In this document: positions 25,483 through 35,900 of the stretch, piece after piece
Layout of the letters: each line of letters begins with the position of its first letter
Numbering within the stretch: position 1 is the stretch's first letter
Source of the DNA: Nitrospira sp.
Lineage (GTDB): Bacteria; Nitrospirota; Nitrospiria; Nitrospirales; Nitrospiraceae
Length of the DNA stretch: 49,069 nucleotides
NCBI GenBank assembly: GCA_024281365.1
Contig: JAMXAU010000001.1
Span: 1-49,069, forward strand
Reading direction: 5' to 3'
The notes under the pieces: model-generated
The model's database searches: none
Seen by the model: the letters and a program-made list of their open reading frames with translations, nothing else
Told to the model about the DNA's origin: nothing
Program-made: the position numbers and the translations under genes

Positions 25483-26493
25483 TCAGCGCGTCCGGTGCGC
25501 CTCCGCCGTTTTCTTCTTCGGTGCCGACGGAGCTGAGGCTTTGCTGGCCTTCAAGGCTTTGATTTCATCCGTCCGCTGCCGGAGTTCCTTCTTGACCAGC
25601 GTGGCTTCTTTCTTCAGCATCGCAATCTCGGAATCTTTCAGTTTGTTGGCCTCCCGCGCTGCTCGGAGCTCGTCCAGTTTTCTGTTGAGCAATTCATCGG
25701 TGCTCAATTGGAGTGCGTCTGCTTCGGTCCTCGTGTGGGCTGAGGTTCCTGAAGGATCAAGAAGGGCCTCGTCGTCCCGCGACGGAAGGGTTTCTGCGAC
25801 CTGAGTATTCGGTCCAGATGAGGCAGAGTCTTTTGGGGCGTCGGTTGCGACAACCGATCCAGGTGTCGAAGCCTTAGCAATCGCCTGGTAGTCGATCACC
25901 AGGGTCATGGCTCCCTTTCCCATCGCCACAAAGGAAGGGGCCTTTTCGATACGAGCGGCAGTTGGAAGAGAGAATCTCTGCCTCTTGTTCGCTTGAGCAG
26001 AAGCGATCGTCAGATAGAGGGACCCCTTGTGCACATAGAGGGTGCCCGCTGTGGGTTCAGCGCCTGACCCTGCCGATGAAAACACCTTGAAACCGACAAT
26101 CTGCTCGGTTTCGCTTCTGATGAGCCTTGGGCTGGCAGGGGAGCGAAGCTGGCGTCTTCATCGCTGAATACTCTCATCGGCTTGCTGCCACTGGCGGCGT
26201 CTGGATAACGGTTTGGTGGCGTCCTCGGTTACCACTCCTTTGACGACCGTGCGGATGGTCATCTGGTCGATCGTCGCAGGATGGCTCGCCTCAAACGACC
26301 AATCGGCGATGTCCTTAAGATAGACGGATCCCTTCGTGGTTTTCGCAACTTTTGATTCTCCTGAGAGTGTGGAACATCCGGTCACGATCAAATTGATGGC
26401 TAGAAAGGCACCGGCATACTGAGCACCGCGGAGGCTCAACCGTGCGTACATAGGAAGTCTCCTTCTGCTTGTACTATTCTCAAAAAGTATCAT
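25483..26493 (-). pseudogene. Lipoprotein-like hypothetical gene broken by at least two frameshifts (decay or sequencing error)
   Basis: Lipobox-like IVTGC in 26158-26493. Plausible coding sequence continues in a second frame (SGSKPMRVFSDED...EAKP) and a third (EQIVGFKVFSSAGSG..., coiled-coil tail). Confidence 0.6.
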
Positions 26494-26539
26494 GACTCTG
26501 CGATGAGGCCCATGAGTTTTCGTATTTCTGAATACTGTG

Positions 26540-26677
26540 CTACCAAATGCCGAGACCCATGAGTACCATGCCTATGGCCAACCAACCGACGACCCCGACA
26601 GAAATGATTGTTTCGAGCGTGATGCCAGAATCGGGCTGATTGGGACCGGGCTTTGAATCAGAGTCTTGGGGTTTCAT
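26540..26677 (-). CDS. Putative 45-aa single-pass membrane protein
   Basis: Below the ORF-track cutoff: MKPQDSDSKPGPNQPDSGITLETIISVGVVGWLAIGMVLMGLGIW, a polar N-terminus plus one clean TM helix. Confidence 0.45.
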   Translation of the reverse strand: MKPQDSDSKPGPNQPDSGITLETIISVGVVGWLAIGMVLMGLGIW

Positions 26678-27099
26678 GACCGCTGCTCACCCACTCCGGT
26701 GCACAAGAAGTCGGACGTCGAGAGTACAGCAAGGTCCATGCCTTCCTGGTGTTTGATGGAGACGGTGGGGGGCGGTTGGTGGTCAGTTGAGATCTGTCTC
26801 TTATGGAGAGGTGCAGTCGAACAGAGAGCTTAAGGAAGCTCCCTGAGGGATTGCCATGAATCCACACGGAAAGTCATGGAGTTAGAACGGGATCACTAGT
26901 TAAGTCGGTACGGAGAGGGAGGGAAAGCACTGAGTGAGGAAACGATTCTAAGGATGGCGAATGCGAGAAGGACCGGAGAAGCACAGAAAAAACTTGTCAG
27001 AAAACCATCGGGAGATGCTGTCAGAAAATGTTCACTATGCTGGGTGGGTGTACATAATCGAACGTGTGGGTGAGTCGGCCCGTTGGTCGCCGCTAGGCG

Positions 27100-28431
27100 C
27101 TAAGCTCCATACAGCGTTGCAGCAGAGGCGTCAAAGATGTGTTTAGTCATCAGTGTCCCTGGCTCGGAGTGGCCGGTGTGTTTGTCCCAAACGACCGTGA
27201 TGTTTCCATCGGTTTTCCCCATGCCCTGTGTTGAGGATCTGGTTGCATCGCCTTCGACCAAGACTTCTACGGTCTTCCCGATGTAGCGCCGGTTGCGCTC
27301 CGCCGTAATGGCACGTTGAATCTCAACCAACTTGGCTACCCGCTGGCCCTTCAGCTGATCCGACACATCGTCGGCATACTTTCGTGCGGCAATCGTATTT
27401 TTCCGTTCCGAGTATTTGAAGATATAGGCCGAGTCGAGCTGGGCCTGTTCCAGCAGGTGAACGGTAGCCTGGAAGTCTTCATCAGATTCGGAACAGAACC
27501 CACAGATGATGTCCGTGGTCAGGACAATACAAGGGATCGTCATCCGAATGCGCTCAACCAATGCCAAATATTCGGCTCCCGTGTAGGTTCGCCCCATCAG
27601 CTCAAGAATCCGATCGCTTCCCGCCTGAAGCGGCAGATGAATGTGTTTGCAGATCCTTGGATGTGTGGCGATGGCCTCGATCAGTGCCGGAGGAAAGTCT
27701 TTAGGGTGTGGAGAAGTAAACCGGACTCGTTCAATGCCGGGCTGGTCTGCGACGGCGCTGATGAGCCTGGCAAAGTCCCATTCTTCATGACGGTAGGAAT
27801 TCACATTTTGGCCGAGCAGCGTGATCTGTTTGAATCCGCGGGTTGCGGCATCACGAGCTTCGAACAGGATGGATTCAGGGTCGCGTGACCGCTCACGTCC
27901 CCTGGTATAGGGAACGACACAGAAGGAGCAAAAATTGTCGCAGCCTCGCATGACGGTGATCCAGGCATTGACCCCGTCGTCGCGATCCGGGAGGATCCCT
28001 TCATACGTCTCATACTCGGAAAGATCGAGCGCAAACCCCTTCCGAGCAAGCCCCTGTTCTTGGGCGTCCAGGGCCGTCGTCAACAGTGAAGGGAGTTGTC
28101 GGTAAGAATCCGGTCCGGCCAAGACATCGATGAGCGGTTCCTTATGAGCCAGCTCGCTTTTGAGATTCTGTGCCATGCAACCGAGTACGCCGACGACCAA
28201 CGGGCGTTGCTTTTTTACTGCCTTGAGCTCGGAAAGATGGAGATAGATCTTTTTGTGAGCATTCTCCCTGATTGCACAGGTGTTGACTAAGACCACATCG
28301 GCCCGTTCACGGTCCTCGGTGAAGACGAACCCTTCCTGTTTCAACATCGCACGAACAAGTTCGCTGTCGGACTCATTCATTTGACATCCGAACGTTTCGA
28401 TATGGACAAGAGGAAGGGTTTTCACACTCAT
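27100..28431 (-). CDS. miaB: tRNA-2-methylthio-N6-dimethylallyladenosine synthase
   Basis: TFGCQMNESDS, NTCAIRE, radical SAM CDNFCSFC, LLGQNVNSY, RFTSPHP and TRAM tail. Confidence 0.93.
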   Translation of the reverse strand: MSVKTLPLVHIETFGCQMNESDSELVRAMLKQEGFVFTEDRERADVVLVNTCAIRENAHKKIYLHLSELKAVKKQRPLVVGVLGCMAQNLKSELAHKEPLIDVLAGPDSYRQLPSLLTTALDAQEQGLARKGFALDLSEYETYEGILPDRDDGVNAWITVMRGCDNFCSFCVVPYTRGRERSRDPESILFEARDAATRGFKQITLLGQNVNSYRHEEWDFARLISAVADQPGIERVRFTSPHPKDFPPALIEAIATHPRICKHIHLPLQAGSDRILELMGRTYTGAEYLALVERIRMTIPCIVLTTDIICGFCSESDEDFQATVHLLEQAQLDSAYIFKYSERKNTIAARKYADDVSDQLKGQRVAKLVEIQRAITAERNRRYIGKTVEVLVEGDATRSSTQGMGKTDGNITVVWDKHTGHSEPGTLMTKHIFDASAATLYGA

Positions 28432-29765
28432 ACCAGTGCCGGGGTCGAGTTTATTTTTTGGGCCGAGGCGATATGGCCGAATCCGTAGCGGTCTGTCGCA
28501 GCGGTAATCGTTACAGGCATGATCTGATTCTGAAGCTCAGCAGAGTCTGTCACCGCCACTCTCGTAAAGTTAGGAGCGGTGCCGAATCGATAGGCGCTGC
28601 AGGTTCCCGCTTCGAACAGGACCGTCACCGTCTTCCCAATCTGTTTATTGTGAAAGGCAAGCCGTTTGGCGCGATCTAGTTTCAGCAACAGATCGGTACG
28701 TTTCTTTACCGATGACGACGGGACCCGCGGTTTGAGCCGGGCGGCTGCCGTGCCAGGCCTCGTGGAGTAGGGAAAGACATGGATATACGAAAACGGAAGG
28801 TCCGTCGCGACAGCGAGGGTGTTTTGAAACGCCTTATCCGTCTCTCCCGGGAATCCTACCATCAGATCTGTTCCAAGGCCGAGGTCGGGAATCTTGGCGA
28901 ATGCCCTGTCAATTAATGCACTGTACTCCTTGATGGTATGGCGGCGGTTCATGGCCTGCAAGATCTGGTCATCCCCGCTTTGCAGAGGAATGTGCAGATA
29001 GGGGCAGAACTTTTTGGACGAAGCGAGGAGGTCGAGCAATTCGTCGGTGACGGTCGTGGGCTCGATCGACGAAATGCGAATGCGTTCAAGATCCGAGATG
29101 TGATCGAGGCGGCGAAGCATCGTGCAAAAGTCAACGCCCTGCTGCCTGTATTGGCCGATGTTCACTCCGGTCAGCACAATCTCCTTATAGCCTCCGTCCG
29201 TCAGACTCCGGACCTCGCTGAGAATATCGTCAAGCTTTCTGCTACGCTCATGCCCCCGTGCGAACGGAATGATGCAGAAGCTGCACATGGCGCTGCAGCC
29301 GTCCTGTATCTTGAGTAACGCACGAGTTGAGTCGGGCTCGGCGAAGTAGGGGAGATCGAAGTCACCGCGCGAGATCGTCCTCGTGTGGTGAACCTCTGCG
29401 GTTGGCCGCTTGCGAAGCTCATGGGGGGGAGGTAGGTACGCCGGCAGGTCCAGTTTGAACTGCTGACCGACAATGAGATCGATCCCGGTTTGTTGCGTGA
29501 GGGTTTCCATCCCCGTCTGGGCGTAACAACCCGTCACAGCAATGAAGGCATGGGGAGAATGCTTCAGCGTTTTGCGAATTAGGTAGCGCGAGGTACGTTC
29601 AGCGTCCTCCGTCACAGAACAGGTATTGAGGATCAGCACATCCGTCGGTTGGCCGAACTCGACGAGCTCAAACCCCTTTCGCCGGAGTCCTTCCCCAAGG
29701 ATCGAGGTTTCGGCTTGATTCAGCCGGCAGCCGAGCGTATGTAGAGAGGCACGGGTGATTCCCAT
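28428..29765 (-). CDS. mtaB: tRNA t6A methylthiotransferase
   Basis: TLGCRLNQAE, NTCSVT, KIQDGCSAMCSFC, LTGVNIG, RISSIEP and HVFPYS.R.GT.A; ATGA overlap with miaB. Confidence 0.9.
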   Translation of the reverse strand: MGITRASLHTLGCRLNQAETSILGEGLRRKGFELVEFGQPTDVLILNTCSVTEDAERTSRYLIRKTLKHSPHAFIAVTGCYAQTGMETLTQQTGIDLIVGQQFKLDLPAYLPPPHELRKRPTAEVHHTRTISRGDFDLPYFAEPDSTRALLKIQDGCSAMCSFCIIPFARGHERSRKLDDILSEVRSLTDGGYKEIVLTGVNIGQYRQQGVDFCTMLRRLDHISDLERIRISSIEPTTVTDELLDLLASSKKFCPYLHIPLQSGDDQILQAMNRRHTIKEYSALIDRAFAKIPDLGLGTDLMVGFPGETDKAFQNTLAVATDLPFSYIHVFPYSTRPGTAAARLKPRVPSSSVKKRTDLLLKLDRAKRLAFHNKQIGKTVTVLFEAGTCSAYRFGTAPNFTRVAVTDSAELQNQIMPVTITAATDRYGFGHIASAQKINSTPALV

Positions 29766-29774
29766 AGAAGTGGC

Positions 29775-29804
29775 ATTATAGGGTGGCCATGCGTGATCCG
29801 GCAA
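29775..29804 (-). promoter_or_regulatory. Candidate sigma70 promoter for mtaB-miaB
   Basis: TTGCCG-N18-TATAAT ending 9 bp before ATG 29765. Confidence 0.5.
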
Positions 29805-29881
29805 GGTTGCCTCGCTCGGGAGACCGCTTCTTCCACTGTCCTCTGGTGGCTAAACAGGGGGAATAAGGTCGTCCAGTTTAG

Positions 29882-30295
29882 GTGTGGTGGATGGTGCGGC
29901 TGCTTGCCATTCTGTGGGTCTCTCTTTGGCTCCTAGCTGGTTCTCCCGCGATAGGGTGGGGGAAAGATGCCCTTCCGGTTGAGCCTGATCTCAACTCTCG
30001 CGTCGATGAGCTCTACGACCATGAAGCCCGCCTGTTCATTCTCCTCTATTCCCTGAAAGGCAACGGGCAGATCGACTATGTGACAGGCCGGCTGGTTCAG
30101 GAGTATTCGCGCAGCAGCTACGGCAATCCCGTGTACCAGACGGAAGTCCAACCCTTGTTCTATTGGTGGAACCACACCATGTGGAGCGACCCCGAGCAAG
30201 ATGGGGTCAACGGCAATGAACGGGTCTACCAGGAAAACACCGAGTTCGATCTCTCACGGTACAAACCCTGTCTCTTCAACGGACAACCCTGCTAA
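29882..30295 (+). CDS. Exported hypothetical protein
   Basis: Signal peptide; acidic loop DPEQDGVNGNE; terminal Cys pair CLFNGQPC. Confidence 0.7.
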   Translation: MWWMVRLLAILWVSLWLLAGSPAIGWGKDALPVEPDLNSRVDELYDHEARLFILLYSLKGNGQIDYVTGRLVQEYSRSSYGNPVYQTEVQPLFYWWNHTMWSDPEQDGVNGNERVYQENTEFDLSRYKPCLFNGQPC

Positions 30296-30435
30296 CAGAC
30301 CGTTGAAAAAGCCCGCCAGCGGCGTTCCCCGCCTTGCCGAAGCGGCTTATCAAGGCAGGTCGAGGCGCTTTGAGTGGGTGAAGCGTATCTCGTGAAGCGT
30401 CGTTCGCTTGCGAGATACGAAACACGAACAACGAA
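30293..30435. repeat. Composite MITE end with two embedded palindromes
   Basis: TAACAGACCGTTGAAAAAGCCCGCCAGC end; palindrome at 30328-30359; hairpin CGTATCTCG/CGAGATACG at 30384-30419 followed by ACGAA-type repeats. Confidence 0.6.
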
Positions 30436-30596
30436 CTACTGTCAGCTTCTATGCTAGGCGATGAGTCCAGCCCCGCGTGTTTTGTGATTCTGCTGAGTTG
30501 TCGCAGACAGCGATGGTATTCTTCGTTCCACCGATGGGTGTGTTTACTGTATAAAGACCAGCCCAATTCGACCCATTCTTCTTTAGGTACGTTCTC

Positions 30597-31883
30597 GTGA
30601 CGCAAGACGCATCCAATTTTTCCGCACTATTGAATCGGCGCCTCATCGTGATGCTACCTTTAGGGTTTCTGTCCGGCCTTCCGCTCGCGCTCACCTCGGG
30701 AACACTCCAAGCCTGGTTGACGGTCGAAGGGGTTGATCTCAAGACCATCGGGATTTTCACCCTGGTCGGCCTTCCCTATACGCTGAAGTTTCTCTGGGCG
30801 CCGGTGATGGACCGCGTGGTGCCGCCGTGGTTGGGGCGGCGTCGTGGTTGGATGGTCCTGACGCAGCTCTGTGTGGCCGTTGCCCTTGGGCTCATGGCCC
30901 TGACCAATCCCCAGCTCCATCCTGGATGGCTCGCGGCCTATGCCGTGCTCGTCGCATTCCTCGCTGCATCCTTGGATATTGTTTTCGACGCCTATCGGAC
31001 GGACACGCTGCAGCCTCACGAGCGCGGACTGGGTGCCGCCGTATGGGTGAATGGTTATCGAATTGCCCTCCTGGCTTCAGGAGCTGGGGCGCTGGCGCTC
31101 GCTGATCATGTCGGCTGGCAGATAACCTACCTGGCGATGGCAGCCATCATGGTCGTGGGGGCGATTGTTGTCTTAATCAGTCCTGATCCGACGGTCGTGG
31201 CCGCTGCTCCTAAGAGTCTGAAGGAGGCTGTCGGTGCCCCGCTGGCGGAATTCTTTTCTCGACCAACGGCGCTGGGGTTCTTGGCTGTGATCGTCCTCTA
31301 CAAGCTTGGGGATGCCTTTGCCTCGGCACTGCAGACCGCCTTTCTGATTGGAGGATTGGGGTTTTCTTCGACCGAGGTCGGCGCTGCTAAGGGGCTTGGG
31401 ATTGTTGCCACCTTGATAGGAGCATTTATCGGTGGACTCTTGATGACAAGGTCGGGGCTTGTCCGGTCGCTGCTCATCTTCGGCGTCTTGCAGGCTGTAT
31501 CGAACCTGGGCTTTGTCGTGTTGGCTGTGGTCGGGAAAAGTGCCGGTGCGCTGACGGCTGCGGTTGTGATTGAGAATGTGACGGGCGGGATGGGGACGGC
31601 CGCATTCGTGGCGTTAGTCATGTCGCTCTGCGATGCGCGCTACACAGCGACACAGTTTGCGCTATTGTCTTCGCTGGAAGCGTTGGGACGGGTCTTTGTC
31701 GGCCGCCCATCAGCGGATCTCGTTGAGATTGTGGGATGGACGCAATTTTATGCTTTAACAGCCGTGGCGGCGTTACCGGGCCTCTGGGCCGTGTGGCGAA
31801 TCAGGCGTGCTATCGAGCCGGAACGGGAGGCAGTTGGACAGACCTCCGTAGCGGAACCAGTTGCCTCGCCTATTGCTGACTGA
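30597..31883 (+). CDS. ampG: AmpG muropeptide MFS permease
   Basis: GFLSGLPLAL, LPYTLKFLWAP.MD, GRRRGW, DIVFDAYR, LYKLGDA and ATQFALLSS. Confidence 0.92.
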   Translation: MTQDASNFSALLNRRLIVMLPLGFLSGLPLALTSGTLQAWLTVEGVDLKTIGIFTLVGLPYTLKFLWAPVMDRVVPPWLGRRRGWMVLTQLCVAVALGLMALTNPQLHPGWLAAYAVLVAFLAASLDIVFDAYRTDTLQPHERGLGAAVWVNGYRIALLASGAGALALADHVGWQITYLAMAAIMVVGAIVVLISPDPTVVAAAPKSLKEAVGAPLAEFFSRPTALGFLAVIVLYKLGDAFASALQTAFLIGGLGFSSTEVGAAKGLGIVATLIGAFIGGLLMTRSGLVRSLLIFGVLQAVSNLGFVVLAVVGKSAGALTAAVVIENVTGGMGTAAFVALVMSLCDARYTATQFALLSSLEALGRVFVGRPSADLVEIVGWTQFYALTAVAALPGLWAVWRIRRAIEPEREAVGQTSVAEPVASPIAD

Positions 31884-32174
31884 CTATGACAGCCGCCGCT
31901 GAAGGAAGAGGACATAGATCAACAGGGTGGGTAGTGGGGCGATGATGAAGGGCACAAGCCAGAGCCAGACGTTCTTGCCGCGGACACGCCCTTGGTCGAT
32001 CATCCAGACGAAGAGCCAGACCAACAGGCAGGCATAGTTCAAGATGATCCATTGGGTCGTGTGAGTCTTGAGAGCGCTGGTGGTCTCAGACACACCTTGA
32101 AAGAGGAAAATCCCTAATAACAGCACGAAGATGCCTAACAGAACTCCAACGAGTTTCTTGCTCCAGACAAACAT
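31884..32174 (-). CDS. Small membrane protein with three TM segments (DUF2834-like)
   Basis: GGAGG RBS before ATG 32174; three hydrophobic helices; WMIDQGR pattern. Confidence 0.65.
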   Translation of the reverse strand: MFVWSKKLVGVLLGIFVLLLGIFLFQGVSETTSALKTHTTQWIILNYACLLVWLFVWMIDQGRVRGKNVWLWLVPFIIAPLPTLLIYVLFLQRRLS

Positions 32175-32262
32175 CGCTTCCTCCAGACTCAATAAGGCCG
32201 TGTGCACTGAATTTGGGTTAAGCTAATTGGCCCGATAATTGTTTGTCAAACAGTAGAGCATC

Positions 32263-32634
32263 ATGAGTCTCCTTCGCTTAAGCGTGATCGTCCTAGCGCT
32301 GATCTTCTTGGTCGGTTTGGCTTGGTCAAACCCGACGATGGATGACTATTTGCGCTTCGTTGAACTGGAATTGGGGAAAGCGATAGACCGAATGGACCAG
32401 GGTACATCGTCTCGGGAGCAACAGTTTATTCGGCAGGTGTTTCGAACGCAGAGTAAGAAGCTGCTGGAGTCGGTGGTTCGTCCGAATACGGCGCGACAGA
32501 ATTGGGGAATGATGAGTCTGTATGAGGCACGGGTGGCGGGGACGAACGTCGTGGTGCTGGGGATCGGCGGCCGATTCATTCCTCTTCAAGGTGTCGAGGA
32601 AGCCACTCTGAAGATTGGCCGAATGGCCTTCTAA
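32263..32634 (+). CDS. DUF4359-like membrane-anchored protein
   Basis: N-terminal TM then SNPT..DY; NWGMMSLY...VLGIGGRF. Confidence 0.7.
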   Translation: MSLLRLSVIVLALIFLVGLAWSNPTMDDYLRFVELELGKAIDRMDQGTSSREQQFIRQVFRTQSKKLLESVVRPNTARQNWGMMSLYEARVAGTNVVVLGIGGRFIPLQGVEEATLKIGRMAF

Positions 32635-32687
32635 AAGAAAAAATGGCAAGGGTCATCTGCTGAGGGCTTATGTTGGATGAGATTTTC

Positions 32688-32696
32688 TGTGGATAA
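32688..32696 (-). promoter_or_regulatory. DnaA box upstream of nrdJ
   Basis: Perfect TTATCCACA on the minus strand; degenerate copies at 32743-32751 and 32773-32781. Confidence 0.55.
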
Positions 32697-32776
32697 CCTC
32701 GCTACTATTTCACTCAAATAAGCGCTGCCGTTCACGTCTCGACTATTCACAGCCTGTCCCCTCATTTCCCAAATAT

Positions 32777-32824
32777 CCACAATACTTGGTGTTGACAAAA
32801 AAACATGCTAGCTATATGTAGGTG
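32777..32824 (+). promoter_or_regulatory. Tandem NrdR boxes overlapping the nrdJ promoter
   Basis: CCACAATACTTGGTGT (32777-32792) and TAGCTATATGTAGGTG (32809-32824), 32 bp apart, resemble acaCwAtATaTwGtgt; TTGACA at 32792-32797. Confidence 0.7.
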
Positions 32825-32913
32825 TCGCGCGCAATGAGTGAGTACCCCATACCGGTTATGAAGACTTCGAACCAGCCCATGGACCCTAATCCTTTTCCCC
32901 TTGGAGGACTACT

Positions 32914-35900
32914 GTGAGAATTGATCGCAAATTTACCCGCCGCGGCGTGAGTCCATATGAGGGATTGGCGTTCGTCAAACGGTCGTCCGAGATTCGAAAC
33001 CCCGACGGATCGACCGTCTTCAAGCTTGAGCATATCGATGTTCCTGAACCCTGGTCTCAGCTGGCGGTGGATATTTTGGCGCAAAAGTACTTCCGGAAAG
33101 CCGGCGTTCCACAGTGCGATCAGAGCGGCCAGCCGCTGGCCGATGCCGACGGCAAGCCGGTGTTGGGCGGCGAGCGGGATGCCCGACAGGTTTTTGAGCG
33201 CATGGCCGGGTGCTGGACCCATTGGGGCAGGGCCTACGGATATTTCAAGACATCGGAAGACGCAGAGTCCTTTCATGATGAGATGTGCTACATGCTGGCG
33301 CACCAAATGGCCGCGCCGAATTCCCCTCAGTGGTTCAACACCGGCCTGCACTATGCCTACGGATTATCGGGACCGGCCCAGGGACACTATTACGTCGATC
33401 CGAAAACGCAGGAGGTGGTGAAGGCGACGAATGCGTTCGAACATCCGCAGCCACATGCCTGTTTCATTCAATCGATCGAGGATGATTTGGTGAATGAAAA
33501 CGGCATCATGGACCTGTGGGTACGAGAGGCGCGATTGTTCAAGTATGGTTCCGGAACCGGAACGAACTTCTCGAAACTGCGCGGTGATGGTGAAGGCCTG
33601 TCCGGCGGAGGGCGATCTTCCGGGCTAATGTCCTTCCTGAAGATCGGTGATCGAGCGGCAGGAGCCATCAAATCCGGAGGGACGACGCGTCGTGCGGCCA
33701 AAATGGTCTGTTTGGATTTAGACCATCCTGATATCGAAGAGTTCATCGATTGGAAAGTCATCGAGGAACAAAAAGTGGCGGCGATGGTGACGGGGTCGAA
33801 GATCTGCGCGCAGCGCCTCAATGCCGTCTTGAAGGCCTGTCATACCGTCGATGGGAACGGTGCGCTCCGGCTGGACCTCGACCGGAAGACGAATTCGGCT
33901 CTGCGCGAGACGTTGGCGTCAGCCCGCCGCGAGATGGTGCCGGAGGCCTATATCCAGCGGATGTTCTCCTATGCGCAGCAGGGGTTCACACATTTTGTCT
34001 TTCACGAATACGATACCAATTGGGACGGGAAGGCCTATCAAACGGTCTCCGGCCAGAATTCGAACAACAGCGTCAGGATTCCCAACGAGTTTTTTGCCGC
34101 GCTCGAAGCCGATGCGGACTGGGAACTGAAACGACGCACCAACGGCAAAGTCTGCAAGACCATCAAGGCCAGAGAGTTGTGGGATCGTATCGCGTGGGCG
34201 GCCTGGACCTGTGCCGATCCGGGGACACAATACGATACCACCATCAATGAATGGCACACCTGTCCCGAGGATGGCCGAATCAACGCTTCCAATCCCTGTT
34301 CCGAATACATGTTCTTGGATGACACGGCCTGTAATCTCGCGTCGCTCAATCTGACGAAGTTCTACGGCGCTGATGGGCAGTTCGAACTCGAAGAGTTCCG
34401 GCATGCTGTTCGGCTGTGGACGATTGCATTGGAGATCAGTGTCTTGATGGCGTCTTTCCCGAGCCAGTCGATCGCCGAGAAAAGCTATCAGTTCCGGACG
34501 CTGGGGTTGGGGTACGCGAATCTGGGGACGGTGCTCATGCGCCAAGGTATCCCCTACGACTCGCCCAAGGCGTTAGCCATCTGCGGTGCCATCACGTCAA
34601 TCATGACGGGGGAAGCGTACAGTGCATCGGCGGAAATGGCGGCTGAACTGTCGCCTTTCCCCGGCTACGCAAAAAATCGGGAACACATGTTGCGCGTCAT
34701 TCGCAACCATCGACGGGCAGCCTATCAGGCGTCTCCCGAGGAATATGAACGGTTGACCATTGCTCCCGCAGGAGTCCGTCCTGAACATTGCCCCCCAGAA
34801 TTGCTCCTGGCTGCCCGGAGGGCCTGGGACCATGCGCTTGAACTCGGGACTGCGTACGGGTATCGCAATGCCCAGGTGACGGTGATCGCTCCGACCGGGA
34901 CGATCGGGTTGGTCATGGATTGTGATACCACCGGGATTGAACCGGATTTTGCGTTGGTGAAATTCAAAAAGTTAGCCGGTGGCGGGTACTTCAAGATCAT
35001 CAACCAAAGTATTCCACTCGCCTTGGCCAATCTCGGGTATACGGATCAACAGGTACGGGACATCGTCCATTATTGTGTCGGGGCCCAGACCCTCAAAGGT
35101 GCCCCCTTCATCAACCACGATACGCTTCGGCTGAAAGGTTTCGACGACACGGCGCTCGATCGTCTGGAGCGCAGCTTGTCGCAAGCGTTCGAGATTCAAT
35201 TCGCGTTCAATAAATATACGTTTGGGGAGGCCTTCTGCATCGAGCAACTTGGTCTGACCGAGGTGCAGCTGAACGAGAAGAACTTCAATATGTTGAAGGC
35301 TCTCGGTTTTACGCAGGAAGAAGTCGCTGCCGCGAACGATTTCTGTTGCGGGACGATGACGGTCGAAGGTGCGCCGCACGTGAAGGCCGAGCACCTGGCG
35401 GTCTTCGACTGCGCGAATCGATGTGGTCGTATCGGGCAACGTTCCATCGCCGTTGACGCCCACATTCGCATGATGGCTGCGGCACAGCCCTTCATCAGCG
35501 GTGCGATCAGTAAGACCATCAATATGCCGTCCGAGGCCACGGTTGAAGACGTCAAGGCATCGTATTTTCTTGCCTGGAAGAGCATGGTGAAGGCGGTAGC
35601 GCTTTATCGAGACGGGTCCAAGCTCAGTCAGCCATTGAGTGCGTCGTCCGATAGCGGGAAGGCGTTGGAGGCTGTGCCTGGTGTCTTAGAAATGGCTGAA
35701 AAAGTCACTGAGCGTGTGCTCGTTCGGTATCTTGCCAAGCGGCGTCCGCTTCCCAGTCGGCGTAATGGGTACACACAAAAAGCCATTGTCGGGGGGCATA
35801 AACTCTATCTCCGGACTGGGGAATACGAGGATGGGACGGTCGGGGAAATATTTTTGGACATGCATAAGGAGGGAGCGGCGTTTAGGAGTCTGATGAACTG

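Noticed and set aside
32640-32910. Cobalamin riboswitch or replication origin upstream of nrdJ
   Set aside because: No B12-box recognised; only one perfect DnaA box, with no dnaA/dnaN context or clear unwinding element.
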